The notes under the pieces were generated by a model that was not told the DNA's origin, did no database searches, and saw only the letters and a list, made by a program, of their open reading frames with translations. The translations under genes were made by a program, and so were the position numbers. This document shows positions 20,793-30,241 of a DNA stretch of 64,000 nt, piece by piece; position 1 is the first letter of the stretch, and each line of letters opens with the position of its first letter. The stretch covers positions 8,739 to 72,738 of the forward strand of contig CAWIIE010000014.1 of the NCBI GenBank assembly GCA_963836025.1. The letters are read 5' to 3'. Source of the DNA: an uncultured Actinomycetota bacterium. GTDB taxonomy: Bacteria > Actinomycetota > Actinomycetes > JBEVHX01.

Positions 20793-21887
20793 GTGGCCGC
20801 TCGGACCGTTCTCCCATTGTTCCCAACGAGTCTGGTGGGGAGCTACCCGCAGCCCGAGTGGCTGATCGATCGGGCCAAGCTGGCCGGCCGCTTCCCGCCA
20901 CGCGTTCGGGCACTCGAGCTGTGGCGACCCCTCCCCGAGCACCTGGCGGAGGCCCAAGACGACGGCACCCTGCTGGCCATCCGGGCGCAGGAGGACGCCG
21001 GCCTGGACATCATCACCGACGGTGAGATCCGCCGGGAGAGCTACTCCAACCACTTCGCGACCGCGCTCACCGGGGTCGACATCGACCATCCTGGTGAGGC
21101 ACTTGACCGCAGCGGTCATCCGAACCCGGTGCCACGGGTGACCGGTCAGATCAGTCGGCCCGGCCCGATCCAGGTCCGCGACGTCGAGTTCCTGCGCGCG
21201 CATACCAGGCGGCAGATCAAAGTGACCGTGCCCGGACCGTTCACGATGTCGCAGCAGGCGCAGGACGACCACTATCACGACCCGGCCGCGCTCGCTCTCG
21301 CCTACGCCGACGCCTGCAACCAGGAGGTCAGGGACCTGTTCGACGCTGGGGCGGACATCGTCCAGCTGGACGAGCCGTACATGCAGGCCCGCCCGGACGC
21401 GGCCCGCGCATACGGACTCGCCGCGCTCAATCGCGCACTCGACGGGGTTTCCGGCACGACCGCGGTGCACATCTGCTTCGGGTATGCGGCGATCATCCAC
21501 GACCGGCCGTCCGGCTACTCGTTCCTGCCGGAGCTCGCGGACGCGCCGTGCGACCAGGTGTCGATCGAGACCGCGCAGTCCAACCTCGACACCTCGGTGC
21601 TTAAGCACCTGTCCGACAAGACGGTCATCCTGGGTGTGCTCGACCTGTCGACGCCCACGGTGGAGTCTGCCGAAGCGGTCGCGGAGCGGGTCAGGCGCGC
21701 CTTCCCGTTCGTGGACGCCGACCGGCTCGTGCTTGCACCCGACTGCGGGATGAAGTACCTGCCGCGGACGAGCGCCGACGGCAAGCTGCACAGCCTCGCC
21801 GGCGCGGCCCGCATACTCCGCGCCGAGGCTGGCGCGAACCGGCCCGACCCCGACCGCGAGTCCGAGGCAAAGGAGCCGTCAGCATGA
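20793..21887 (+). CDS. cobalamin-independent methionine synthase C-terminal-domain-like methyltransferase (MetE-like, URO-D fold)
   Basis: LPTSLVGSYPQPEWL (MetE hallmark), ITDGEIRRESY, HICFGY. GAAGGAGG RBS 8 nt before GTG 20793. Confidence 0.75.
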   Translation: MAARTVLPLFPTSLVGSYPQPEWLIDRAKLAGRFPPRVRALELWRPLPEHLAEAQDDGTLLAIRAQEDAGLDIITDGEIRRESYSNHFATALTGVDIDHPGEALDRSGHPNPVPRVTGQISRPGPIQVRDVEFLRAHTRRQIKVTVPGPFTMSQQAQDDHYHDPAALALAYADACNQEVRDLFDAGADIVQLDEPYMQARPDAARAYGLAALNRALDGVSGTTAVHICFGYAAIIHDRPSGYSFLPELADAPCDQVSIETAQSNLDTSVLKHLSDKTVILGVLDLSTPTVESAEAVAERVRRAFPFVDADRLVLAPDCGMKYLPRTSADGKLHSLAGAARILRAEAGANRPDPDRESEAKEPSA

Positions 21888-23356
21888 ACGCAGAGCGGTC
21901 GGACTTCGAGGGTCGCCCGCTGGTGTTTCGCGGAGCAACCGTGCTCGCGATGGATGACCAGAGCAGCGTTCTTCGTGACGCCGACGTGCTGGTCATCGGC
22001 ACGGACGTCGCAGCGGTCGGCACGGGCATCACCGCGCCCGACGATGCAGTCGAGATCGACGCGGCCGGCGGAATCCTGATGCCAGGGATGGTCGACACCC
22101 ACCGACACCTTTGGCAGACGGCGATGCGTGGGTACGGCGCGGACTGGACGCTGAGCCAGTACTTCGTCTGGTACTACCTCGAGCACGGGCGCAACTTCAG
22201 ACCGGAGGACGTGTACGCGGGCAACCTGCTCGGCGCCATCGAGGCGATCGACGCCGGTGTTACGACCACCGTCGACTGGTCGCATGGTCTGCAGACCACG
22301 GCACACGCGGACGCCGCGATGGACGCCTTGCAGGAGGTGCCGGGCCGGTTCGTCCTGGCCTACGGCAACATCCAACAAGGCCCATGGGAGTGGACGGCCG
22401 CACCGGAGTTCCGCAGCTTCGTCGCCCGTCGCATCGACCCGGCGAACGAGATGATGGGCTTCCAGCTGGCCTTCGACGTGACAGGTGATCCCGAGTTCCC
22501 GGAACGAGCGGCGTTCGAAGTCGCTCGCGAGCTCGGCGTCGCCGTCACGACGCATGCCGGCGTCTGGGGCGCGACGAACGACGACGGCATCCGCCTCATG
22601 CACGAGAACGGGTTCATGACGCCGGAGACGGTGTACGTGCACGCCGCCACGCTCACGCCCGACGCGTACAACCGAATCGCGGCGACCGGTGGCAGCGTGT
22701 CGCTCTCGACCGAGAGCGAGTCCAACGCCGGTCAGGGGTACCCGCCGAGCTGGCAGCTGCGGCGGCACGGCATCCCGGTCTCCCTGTCGATGGACACCAG
22801 TGTCTGGTGGAGCGCCGACTTGTTCGCGGCCATGCGTAACACCCTCAACGCCGACCGGGCCCGCGAGCACTTGGAAGCACATCAGCGTCAGGAGACGGTG
22901 ACGCATCACGCGCTTCGAGCCGAACAGGTCGTGGACTGGGCGACGCGTGGCGGGGCAGGGGCGCTCGGGATGGATTCAGTCATCGGCAGCATCGAGGTCG
23001 GCAAGCGGGCAGACCTCGTCCTGATCAAGAACGACCGAGCGCCAGCGATGTACCCGATCCTGAACCCGTACGGCCATGTCGTGTTCCAGAGCAGCCGCGG
23101 GGACGTGCATACCGTGGTAGTGAACGGACGGACCGTGAAGCACGCCCACCAGTTGGTCGACACCAATCTGAACCAGGCCAAGGAGGCGGTCGGCCGGACG
23201 GTCCAATACCTCGCGGACACCCTCGGCGCCGATGCGTGGCAGGCCGGGATGAACCCGGAGATCCCGGAGACAACCGTGCTCGACAACCCGTACCAGTACA
23301 CGACGTGGGACTCGGAATCCGCCCAGTGGAAGGGTTCGGCACAGTCGTCGGGATGA
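21884..23356 (+). CDS. metal-dependent amidohydrolase (chlorohydrolase / cytosine-guanine deaminase family)
   Basis: 490 aa. PGMVDTHRHLWQT (HxH metal site), HAG, ADLVLI. The start overlaps the upstream stop (ATGA), which suggests an operon. Confidence 0.85.
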   Translation: MNAERSDFEGRPLVFRGATVLAMDDQSSVLRDADVLVIGTDVAAVGTGITAPDDAVEIDAAGGILMPGMVDTHRHLWQTAMRGYGADWTLSQYFVWYYLEHGRNFRPEDVYAGNLLGAIEAIDAGVTTTVDWSHGLQTTAHADAAMDALQEVPGRFVLAYGNIQQGPWEWTAAPEFRSFVARRIDPANEMMGFQLAFDVTGDPEFPERAAFEVARELGVAVTTHAGVWGATNDDGIRLMHENGFMTPETVYVHAATLTPDAYNRIAATGGSVSLSTESESNAGQGYPPSWQLRRHGIPVSLSMDTSVWWSADLFAAMRNTLNADRAREHLEAHQRQETVTHHALRAEQVVDWATRGGAGALGMDSVIGSIEVGKRADLVLIKNDRAPAMYPILNPYGHVVFQSSRGDVHTVVVNGRTVKHAHQLVDTNLNQAKEAVGRTVQYLADTLGADAWQAGMNPEIPETTVLDNPYQYTTWDSESAQWKGSAQSSG

Positions 23357-23423
23357 ACCCATCCGGGCATGAGCTGCATGCTCGGCGGCCGGCCCGGGCT
23401 TGAGGACCTGGAGGTAACTCGCC

Positions 23424-24068
23424 ATGAGCACCCGCTTGGCCCTCGAGATCCTGGGCTGGATCGGCTCGGGGCTGATCATCCTGTCATTGGCGCAGGCGCG
23501 AGTGCTGCGGTTCCGGGTCCTCAACCTCGCGGGCGCCACGCTGGCTGTGCTGTACAACTCGGTGCTGCAGATCTGGCCGTTCGCCGCGATGAACGCGATC
23601 ATCGTGGTGCTGGACATCTACTGGCTGCGTCGACTGCTCCGCGAGCGGCACGACGCAGCCGTGTATGAGGTGGTCGAGGTGGCGCCCGATGACCAGTACC
23701 TCAGCCACGTGATGAAGGTGCACCTGGCTGACGTCCGCCGGTTCCAGCCCGGATTCGCCTGGGATCCCGCAACGCCCGACCGCTCGGCCTTCCTGGTCGA
23801 GCGGGCGACCGAGACGGTGGGAGTAGTCGTCATCCGCGATGTCGGAAACGGCATCGCGCAGGTCGACCTGGACTACGTGACCCCACGGTTCCGGGACTTC
23901 ACGCCAGGCGAATTCGTCTACCGACGCAGCGGCGTCTTCGCCGAACGCGGCTTCCGGCGGCTGGTGGCGCCTGCTGATGTGCTCAAACCCGAGGCGTACT
24001 TCCCGCACGTCGGGTTCCGGAGCGAGGACGGCGAATGGGTGCGCGACGTCGACGCGGTGGCCGCTTAG
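23424..24068 (+). CDS. hypothetical membrane-anchored protein (three N-terminal TM helices plus about 110-aa soluble C-domain)
   Basis: LEILGWIGSGLIILSL, VLNLAGATLAVLY and FAAMNAIIVVLDIYWL TM segments. No family recognised. Confidence 0.45.
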   Translation: MSTRLALEILGWIGSGLIILSLAQARVLRFRVLNLAGATLAVLYNSVLQIWPFAAMNAIIVVLDIYWLRRLLRERHDAAVYEVVEVAPDDQYLSHVMKVHLADVRRFQPGFAWDPATPDRSAFLVERATETVGVVVIRDVGNGIAQVDLDYVTPRFRDFTPGEFVYRRSGVFAERGFRRLVAPADVLKPEAYFPHVGFRSEDGEWVRDVDAVAA

Positions 24069-24097
24069 GACGAGCGCGGACGCCGCATACAGCCAAC

Positions 24098-24928
24098 TCA
24101 GCTGGCGGGCGCGCGCGGCGGCGTCGCCGCCGAAGCGGACAGACCCTGGTAGAGCTCCGGGCGCCGGTCGGTGAGGTAGGTGTTGATCCGGCGTGAGGCG
24201 GCCATCAGCGATCGGTCGAGGTCGCCGACGATCAATGCTTCGCTCCGGCCGGCGCGCGCGACGTCCGTGCCGTCGGGAGCGGCGATGCAGCTCAGCCCGC
24301 AGTACTCGATCTCGCCCTCGCGGCCGCAGTAGTTCGCGTAGGCCACGTACACCTGGTTCTCGAACGCGCGGGCCGCAACGATCGTGGTGGCAACGACGTC
24401 GTAGGGGATCATGTTCGCCGTGGGCGCCGCGATGAGCTCCGCCCCAGCGAGGGCTAGCCGGCGGGCGTTCTCTGGGAACTCCACGTCGTAGCAGATCAGC
24501 ATTCCGATCTGCCAGCCGTTCACTTCTACCACCGGTGACTCTGCCGCCGAGGCTGAGAACATCGTCCGGTCAAGCTCGCCGAACAGGTGGGTCTTGCGGT
24601 AGTGACCGAGGCAGCGGCCGTTGCCGCCAACCAGCTGCGCGGCGTTGTAGATGGAATCCCCGGAGCCACGTTCGGGATAGCCATACAGGATGGCCAACCG
24701 GTGCTCGCGGGCGATCTCGGCAACGCGCCGCGCGGAGTCCCCGTCGCGCGTCTCCGCCAAGCGGCGCGCGGCGGCGGCGCCGATGTTGTAGCCGGTGAGG
24801 AACATCTCCGGACAGAGGAGCAACTCCGCACCGATTGCCGCTGCCTCGGTGGCGACGCGGTCCAGCCGCTCCAGGTTGGCGGCCACGTCCGTCGGACGGG
24901 ACTCGCACTGGTAAATGGCGACGCGCAT
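24098..24928 (-). CDS. carbon-nitrogen hydrolase (nitrilase superfamily) amidase, DavA-like
   Basis: MRVAIYQCE...LLLCPEMFLTGY...HYRKTHLF...GMLICYD. This is the E-K-C triad context of CN hydrolases. Confidence 0.85.
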   Translation of the reverse strand: MRVAIYQCESRPTDVAANLERLDRVATEAAAIGAELLLCPEMFLTGYNIGAAAARRLAETRDGDSARRVAEIAREHRLAILYGYPERGSGDSIYNAAQLVGGNGRCLGHYRKTHLFGELDRTMFSASAAESPVVEVNGWQIGMLICYDVEFPENARRLALAGAELIAAPTANMIPYDVVATTIVAARAFENQVYVAYANYCGREGEIEYCGLSCIAAPDGTDVARAGRSEALIVGDLDRSLMAASRRINTYLTDRRPELYQGLSASAATPPRAPAS

Positions 24929-24947
24929 TGTCCGGCTCCGATCCCGT

Positions 24948-26612
24948 TCAGTCGGGCAGTTCGATCGGGCCGATCTCCGCGAACACGTCCCCAGGGCCGG
25001 GATTGTCCGGGTGCGTGCCGCCGCCGAGATGGCGCATGATGCCCCAGACTGCGTTCAGTGAGGTCTGCACGGCGCCCTCGACCCACGCTGGCGTCCATGA
25101 GACGTCGTCCCCGGCGATGAAGATGCCTCGTTGGTCTGCCGGCAGGTGGTCCTGCATGAAGTGCGCGTACATCCGCTGGTTGTAGCGGTAATGCCCGGGC
25201 AGCGCCCCCTTGAACGCACCAAGGAAGTGCGCGTCGGCCTCCCATGACACGGTGATCGGGTCGCTGATGATGTGGCTCGCGATGTCGACGTCGGGGTAGA
25301 TCCTTCGCAGCGCGCTCAGCGCGAGCCGTACGCGGTGGTCGACCGGGTGGGGCAGCATCTTCATGGCGTCGCTCATCCATGAGTACGTCAGGCAGATCAC
25401 GCCCGGTTGGTCGTCCCCGTTGTCGAACAGGTAGGTGCCCCGAGTGAGGCGATCGGTCAGCGTCATGCTCATCACGTCACGGCCGGTGCGCGGGTCCTTG
25501 TCCTTCCAGAAGGGCCGGTCGACCAGGACGAAAGTCTTCGACGACTGCATGTAGCGGGTGCGGTCCAATGCCGTCCACAGCTTCGGGGAGAACAGGCCCT
25601 CTTCACACTCGATCTGGGTGGTGAGCAGCCAGCTCTGGCAGGTCGTCAGAACTGCGGGGTAATTGCGGGTGTCGCCCCAGGCGTCGGTGACGGCGAACCC
25701 GCTGTCGCTGTCGCGCGTGATACGGGCGACACCGGCCCTGGGAGCGCCGGAGTGGATCGAGGCCAACGTGGTGCCGGCCGGCCAGTAGGCGAGGCCGGAC
25801 GGCGCGTGCTCCCACAGGCCGCGTGGCACCTGTTCGACGCCGCCGACAACCAGGTGCTGGTCCTCGTCGCAGTTGGTCATCACGACGCGGAGGATCTCGA
25901 GCATCGAGTTGGGGAAGTCGGAGTCCCAACCGCCAGTGCCGAAGCCGACCTGGCCGAACACCTCGCGGTGGTGGAACGACAGCTTCGAGAACGCCTCTGA
26001 GCCCGCGACGAAGTCGTAGAACGTGCGGTCGTCCCAAACCGGGACCAGGTTGTTCCAGAGAACCTTCAGCGACCCGACATCGCGTGCCCGAATCGCATCC
26101 TGGACTTCGGTGAAGTGCACATCCTCGAGCGCCTCAGCCCAAGCATGGGCGACCTCCCTGAACAGCGGAGGCAACATGTCGGGCCGCTCGACATAGTGGG
26201 TCACACCCTCGATGTCGATGACCGTGCTGCCCGATGCGGGAGTCAGCGGATTAGGGAACGGCCGCGTCACCAGCCCGAGCAGGTCGACGTAGTGGTAGAA
26301 CGCGGTGGACGAGGCCGGAAAGCGCATCCCGCCGAGTTCGGCGATCACGCCAGCGGGTGCGCCTTCGAACTGCTGGGACCGTAGCCGCCCGCCCAGCTGC
26401 GAGGCCTCGTAGACGACCGGTTTGAGGCCAAGCTTCATCAGCTCGTACGCGGCGACCAGACCGGAGATTCCGGCCCCCACGATGGCAATCTCCTCACCGT
26501 GACGCCCAGCCGGGATTGAGCCGAGCCCCGCAGCGTGCTCGATCCAGTCATCGAAAGGAAACGGAAAATCGGGGCCGAAGATCGTGACCGGCGGCCGCCC
26601 GATCATTGCCAC
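24948..26612 (-). CDS. flavin amine-oxidase-family amino-acid 2-monooxygenase (lysine/tryptophan 2-monooxygenase-like, DavB/IaaM-like)
   Basis: 554 aa. EEIAIVGAGISGLVAAYEL FAD fold. Size and N-terminal extension resemble DavB/IaaM. Immediately upstream of the CN-hydrolase. Confidence 0.75.
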   Translation of the reverse strand: MAMIGRPPVTIFGPDFPFPFDDWIEHAAGLGSIPAGRHGEEIAIVGAGISGLVAAYELMKLGLKPVVYEASQLGGRLRSQQFEGAPAGVIAELGGMRFPASSTAFYHYVDLLGLVTRPFPNPLTPASGSTVIDIEGVTHYVERPDMLPPLFREVAHAWAEALEDVHFTEVQDAIRARDVGSLKVLWNNLVPVWDDRTFYDFVAGSEAFSKLSFHHREVFGQVGFGTGGWDSDFPNSMLEILRVVMTNCDEDQHLVVGGVEQVPRGLWEHAPSGLAYWPAGTTLASIHSGAPRAGVARITRDSDSGFAVTDAWGDTRNYPAVLTTCQSWLLTTQIECEEGLFSPKLWTALDRTRYMQSSKTFVLVDRPFWKDKDPRTGRDVMSMTLTDRLTRGTYLFDNGDDQPGVICLTYSWMSDAMKMLPHPVDHRVRLALSALRRIYPDVDIASHIISDPITVSWEADAHFLGAFKGALPGHYRYNQRMYAHFMQDHLPADQRGIFIAGDDVSWTPAWVEGAVQTSLNAVWGIMRHLGGGTHPDNPGPGDVFAEIGPIELPD

Positions 26613-26615
26613 GGC

Positions 26616-27038
26616 TTAGCCCTTCGATGTCGGTTTGGCCTGTCTGCTCTTGGCTGACCGAACGCGTTCGGCCGACTTGGTGGCCGCCTCGGCCGCGATA
26701 ACAGGCAGGAAGAGCGTCTCCATCGCATCGACGACCGCGGCTTGGTTCTTGGCAAGTGAGTCGAGCACGTCGGCACTGTGTCGCTGCGCAGCCGCGAAGG
26801 ACGCCATGGACTCGCCCAGCTCGCGTTGACGGTCGAGGAGATCCTGCATCGGCTTGATGCTCGCAGCCGCCAGGCCCGCCAGCGCCTGCGCGGCCGCGAG
26901 GAGCTGCTGCAGAGCTAGGTCAGGGCTCGCTGCGGCGGCGGGAATCTCGCGAAGCGCGGACACGGCATCCGACAAGGCTGAGGCCGCTGCGCGCTGGGAT
27001 CGCATCACGAGTTTCAGGGGGCCGGTGGGATCGACCAT
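26616..27038 (-). CDS. hypothetical alpha-helical protein
   Basis: The likely start is MVDPTGPLKLVMRSQ. Ala-rich helical, good GC3. No family recognised. Confidence 0.35.
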   Translation of the reverse strand: MVDPTGPLKLVMRSQRAAASALSDAVSALREIPAAAASPDLALQQLLAAAQALAGLAAASIKPMQDLLDRQRELGESMASFAAAQRHSADVLDSLAKNQAAVVDAMETLFLPVIAAEAATKSAERVRSAKSRQAKPTSKG

Positions 27039-27141
27039 CGTGGTCCTCCGATCGAGGTCGTCCGACAGCCTAACGAAGCAGTCGTGCTTGCTCGGTAAGC
27101 CGAATCTCGCGTGAGACGACGCCTGGACCTGGTGCGCTCCG

Positions 27142-27711
27142 TCATGGCTTCGTGCTGCGCCGCCTGGGCCGCGGAGTCTCACGGCTCAACACTTCCTCGT
27201 CAACGGAGAGGAGCTCGAGCGCCGCCCGTGCCTGATGGGGCGACGCGCCGCCCTCGGCGACGGCCATGAGCGCCGCCCGCCATGCCGCTGCGAGAACCCT
27301 TCCGATCGGGATTCGGCCGCCGTGGCTGGTCGCCGTGAGCATGTCTGCGACGGGGTCGAGGTCGCGGGCCGGATGCGCTTCGCCCAACAACCGCACAAAT
27401 CCTTGGCCAACCGCGAAGTCGAATCCGACAGTGAGCGCTCCCAGCAACGCGGCGGGAACCCCGTCGCCGGCACGAGCAGACGCCGCACCCTCCATCCGAT
27501 CCAGCAAGCGTCGCTCCGCCTCGTCGCGCACAAAGCTGTACAGGCCCAGCTTGTTGTCGAAATGGTGGTACAGCGCCCCGGTGGTCACGCCGGCCCCGGC
27601 AGCCAGCTCACCGACCGTGACGTCCTGGAATGGTCGACGTCCGAAGTCCTCGAGCGCACGCAGCGCGAGTCTGCCTTTCGGCGACGTCGAGACCGGGATC
27701 CACTCGCGCAT
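27142..27711 (-). CDS. TetR-family transcriptional regulator
   Basis: FQDVTVGELAAGAGVTTGALYHHFDNKLGLY is the TetR HTH. Confidence 0.85.
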   Translation of the reverse strand: MREWIPVSTSPKGRLALRALEDFGRRPFQDVTVGELAAGAGVTTGALYHHFDNKLGLYSFVRDEAERRLLDRMEGAASARAGDGVPAALLGALTVGFDFAVGQGFVRLLGEAHPARDLDPVADMLTATSHGGRIPIGRVLAAAWRAALMAVAEGGASPHQARAALELLSVDEEVLSRETPRPRRRSTKP

Positions 27712-27770
27712 GGCAGCATAATACGGTTATGCTCAGCCGTAATTGGAATTCGCGCGGAAGGAGATTCGGA

Positions 27771-28130
27771 ATGAAGCTCGAGTTTCTGTTGATGCCGACA
27801 CGCGACCTGAACGCGGCGTTGGCCCTCTACCGCGACGGGCTTGGCTGGCAGGAGGCGTGGCGCGAGGGCGAGTCCACGGTGAGCCTGGCCCTGCCCGGCA
27901 CCGACGTGCAGCTGATGCTCGACGCCACCGACCCGGACGCCGCGGCCGGACCGATCTTCGTCGTCGACAGCGTTCAAGAGTTCCACCAGCGTCGTCCAAG
28001 CGAACTTCGGACCATCAGCGAACCCGACGCCATCCCAGGCGGGTTCATGGCAACGTTCGAAGACCAGTCCGGTAACACCTTCTACGTCCTGGACCAATCC
28101 ACGGACACGGGCGCCTCCGAGACGGCCTAG
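27771..28130 (+). CDS. VOC-family (glyoxalase/bleomycin-resistance-like) protein
   Basis: GGAAGGAGATTCGGA precedes ATG 27771. MKLEFLLMPTRDLNAALALYRDGLGW. Divergent from the TetR gene. Confidence 0.7.
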   Translation: MKLEFLLMPTRDLNAALALYRDGLGWQEAWREGESTVSLALPGTDVQLMLDATDPDAAAGPIFVVDSVQEFHQRRPSELRTISEPDAIPGGFMATFEDQSGNTFYVLDQSTDTGASETA

Positions 28131-28316
28131 TTCAGGCGCAGCGAGGTCAGTGCTCGGTCGAGGCTCGACCGACCGGTTCGAACGCCTGCGGGTGGACCAT
28201 CCGCCCCTTTGTGCTGCCTGATGCGCGGCGGCGTTGTGGTTCTAACGATGTGGACGTCGTGACAACGGTTCCGGCCCTTGCTGCGTGGTAGACAGTGTGC
28301 GAGCGAGGAGAACTGT

Positions 28317-28901
28317 GTGAAGCCGGAGCCAGTCAGCCTCCCCCTGCCCGAGGGCAGCGAGCTCCTGGTGGACAGTGACGCCTCAGCGCGCGTCCGTGTT
28401 CAGGAGGTTGGCGACCGCGCGGAGGAGTTCGCCGCATTCGTCGACTCCGTCGGCCCGTACCTGCTGCACACGGCAGAGCTGCTGTGCGGCGGCGACAGTG
28501 CGCGCGCCAAGGATCTGGTCCAGGCGACCTTCGAACGCACCTACCGCTCGTGGAGCAGGGCCCGCGATGGCGACACCAGGGCATACGCCCGCCAGATCCT
28601 GGTGAATCTGCGCATCGACGGCTGGCGCCGTACTCGACGCGAACTCCTGTTGGCACCGGTTCAGGTGCCCGACGCCGCGACACCCGACCACGCTGCCGCT
28701 GTCGCGGCCCGCACGTCGGTGGTCCGGGCGCTCGCGCGACTCCCCGTCGCGCAACGGCGGGTGGTCGTGCTGCGCCACCTGCTCGACCTGACCGAGCCCG
28801 AGGTCGCCCGCGAGCTCGGCATCTCGGTCGGCACGGTCAAGTCCCACAACGCGCGCGCGCTGGCCAGGTTGCGCGACCTGCTCTCAGAAGGTGATCGGTG
28901 A
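28317..28901 (+). CDS. ECF (sigma-70 family) RNA polymerase sigma factor
   Basis: Region 2 (DLVQATFERTYRSW) and region 4 (PEVARELGISVGTVKSHNARALARLR). Confidence 0.85.
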   Translation: MKPEPVSLPLPEGSELLVDSDASARVRVQEVGDRAEEFAAFVDSVGPYLLHTAELLCGGDSARAKDLVQATFERTYRSWSRARDGDTRAYARQILVNLRIDGWRRTRRELLLAPVQVPDAATPDHAAAVAARTSVVRALARLPVAQRRVVVLRHLLDLTEPEVARELGISVGTVKSHNARALARLRDLLSEGDR

Positions 28902-29692
28902 TGAGCTCCCCGGCCGGGCTGCACACCCCAGACGACGTCGTCGCCCGCCTGCGCGAAGCATCCGCAGTTCCCAACGTGCGGTTCGACACTCCAGCCGTGC
29001 TCGCCTCGGCACAGCGAGCGCTCGGTCGTCGTCGACGCCGGCAGGCCATCGGCGGCGTTGTCGGGGCCGGAGTGGTTGCGCTGACTCTGGCCGGTCCGGT
29101 GCATTTGACGGGGGTCGGAACCTTCGCCATGCCCGGCGGCCACCAGGCGCGCACTGTGCTCGGCCTCGAGGACCCGGACGCACCGGCTCCCGCCGTCGGC
29201 CTCGACCTGAGCGAGCTGCTGAGCGCGTTCGTCACCGACCCGCCGTCGCGCGAGCAGATGGCTCAGGAGGTCGCGAGCCTGAACGCATACGTCATGCCCG
29301 TGCTCGAGGAGCTTCAGCCCACCTGGTACGAGAAGGGCGGGTGCGACATCCTGACGTACCCGCGCGGCACGTTCAGCGCCAACGGGACTTGCGGAGGGCG
29401 CCCCGGGGAGCAGCGGTTCGATGAGGCCGCCCGCGCCGACCTCGACCGGATCCTCGACGCCGTCGAGCAAAGCGGGGTCCCCACCGACGAGCTGATGCGC
29501 GCGAGCTACGCCCCGGACGGCACCGTCGAGTCTGCAGGGTTCCTACGCTCCGGCGGCGGGATCGAGTGGAACTTCGCCTACCTGTACTCACCCGACGAGC
29601 AGCCGGCGCCGTGGGAGAGCCCGCTGGGCCCCGTCACGATCACCCGGATCGCGGACACCGGCTGGTGGTTCGAGAAGTCGCCCAACGACTGA
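28898..29692 (+). CDS. putative anti-sigma factor (single-pass membrane protein with extracytoplasmic domain)
   Basis: It overlaps the sigma gene by 4 nt. The central TM is AIGGVVGAGVVALTLAG. The C-terminal domain has conserved Cys (GGCDILTY...GTCGG). Confidence 0.55.
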   Translation: MMSSPAGLHTPDDVVARLREASAVPNVRFDTPAVLASAQRALGRRRRRQAIGGVVGAGVVALTLAGPVHLTGVGTFAMPGGHQARTVLGLEDPDAPAPAVGLDLSELLSAFVTDPPSREQMAQEVASLNAYVMPVLEELQPTWYEKGGCDILTYPRGTFSANGTCGGRPGEQRFDEAARADLDRILDAVEQSGVPTDELMRASYAPDGTVESAGFLRSGGGIEWNFAYLYSPDEQPAPWESPLGPVTITRIADTGWWFEKSPND

Positions 29693-29748
29693 GCCAGTCC
29701 TCCGAGGAGCCCACCGACGCATCAGAGGCACGGGTTCGTCGTCGGTTC

Positions 29749-30237
29749 TCAGGTCAACGTCTCCAGCGCAGCACGGATCAGGTCGGGGATGGGCTGCGGT
29801 CGCCGCGTGGTGGCGTCGACGTACACGTGAACGAACCGACCAACGGCGTGTGGTGCCGGGTCGATGGTGCCGCCCGGACTCTCGCGGAACACTGCCAGCC
29901 GGTAGATCACGCTGGTGCGCCCGCGGTGCTCCAGCCCAACACCTACCTGCACGACGTCCGGAAACGACAGCTCACGCAGGTATCGACAGGATGTCTCGAC
30001 GACGACACCGAACGCGGGCAGCACGCGGATGTCGGTGCCAGTCGCGTCGATGAGCCAGCCGTTGACGGCGTCGTCGAACCAGTTGTAGTAGATGACGTTG
30101 TTGACGTGGCCGTACACGTCATTGTCCGCCCACCGGGTATGCACCCGGCGCAGGACTCGGAAGTCGCCCGGCGTGGGCAACGGCTCGATCGCGGACGATC
30201 GCTCGCCCCTTTCGCCTTCGCCACGGACGTCCGTCAC
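29749..30237 (-). CDS. hotdog-fold acyl-CoA thioesterase (4HBT / YbgC-like)
   Basis: WADNDVYGHVNNVIYYNWFDD. 162 aa. A near-identical paralog lies at 58654-59145. Confidence 0.8.
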   Translation of the reverse strand: MTDVRGEGERGERSSAIEPLPTPGDFRVLRRVHTRWADNDVYGHVNNVIYYNWFDDAVNGWLIDATGTDIRVLPAFGVVVETSCRYLRELSFPDVVQVGVGLEHRGRTSVIYRLAVFRESPGGTIDPAPHAVGRFVHVYVDATTRRPQPIPDLIRAALETLT

Positions 30238-30241
30238 GAGG

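Noticed and set aside
21515-22909. 464-aa minus-strand ORF
   Set aside because: It is antisense to the MetE-like and amidohydrolase genes and has no recognisable family.
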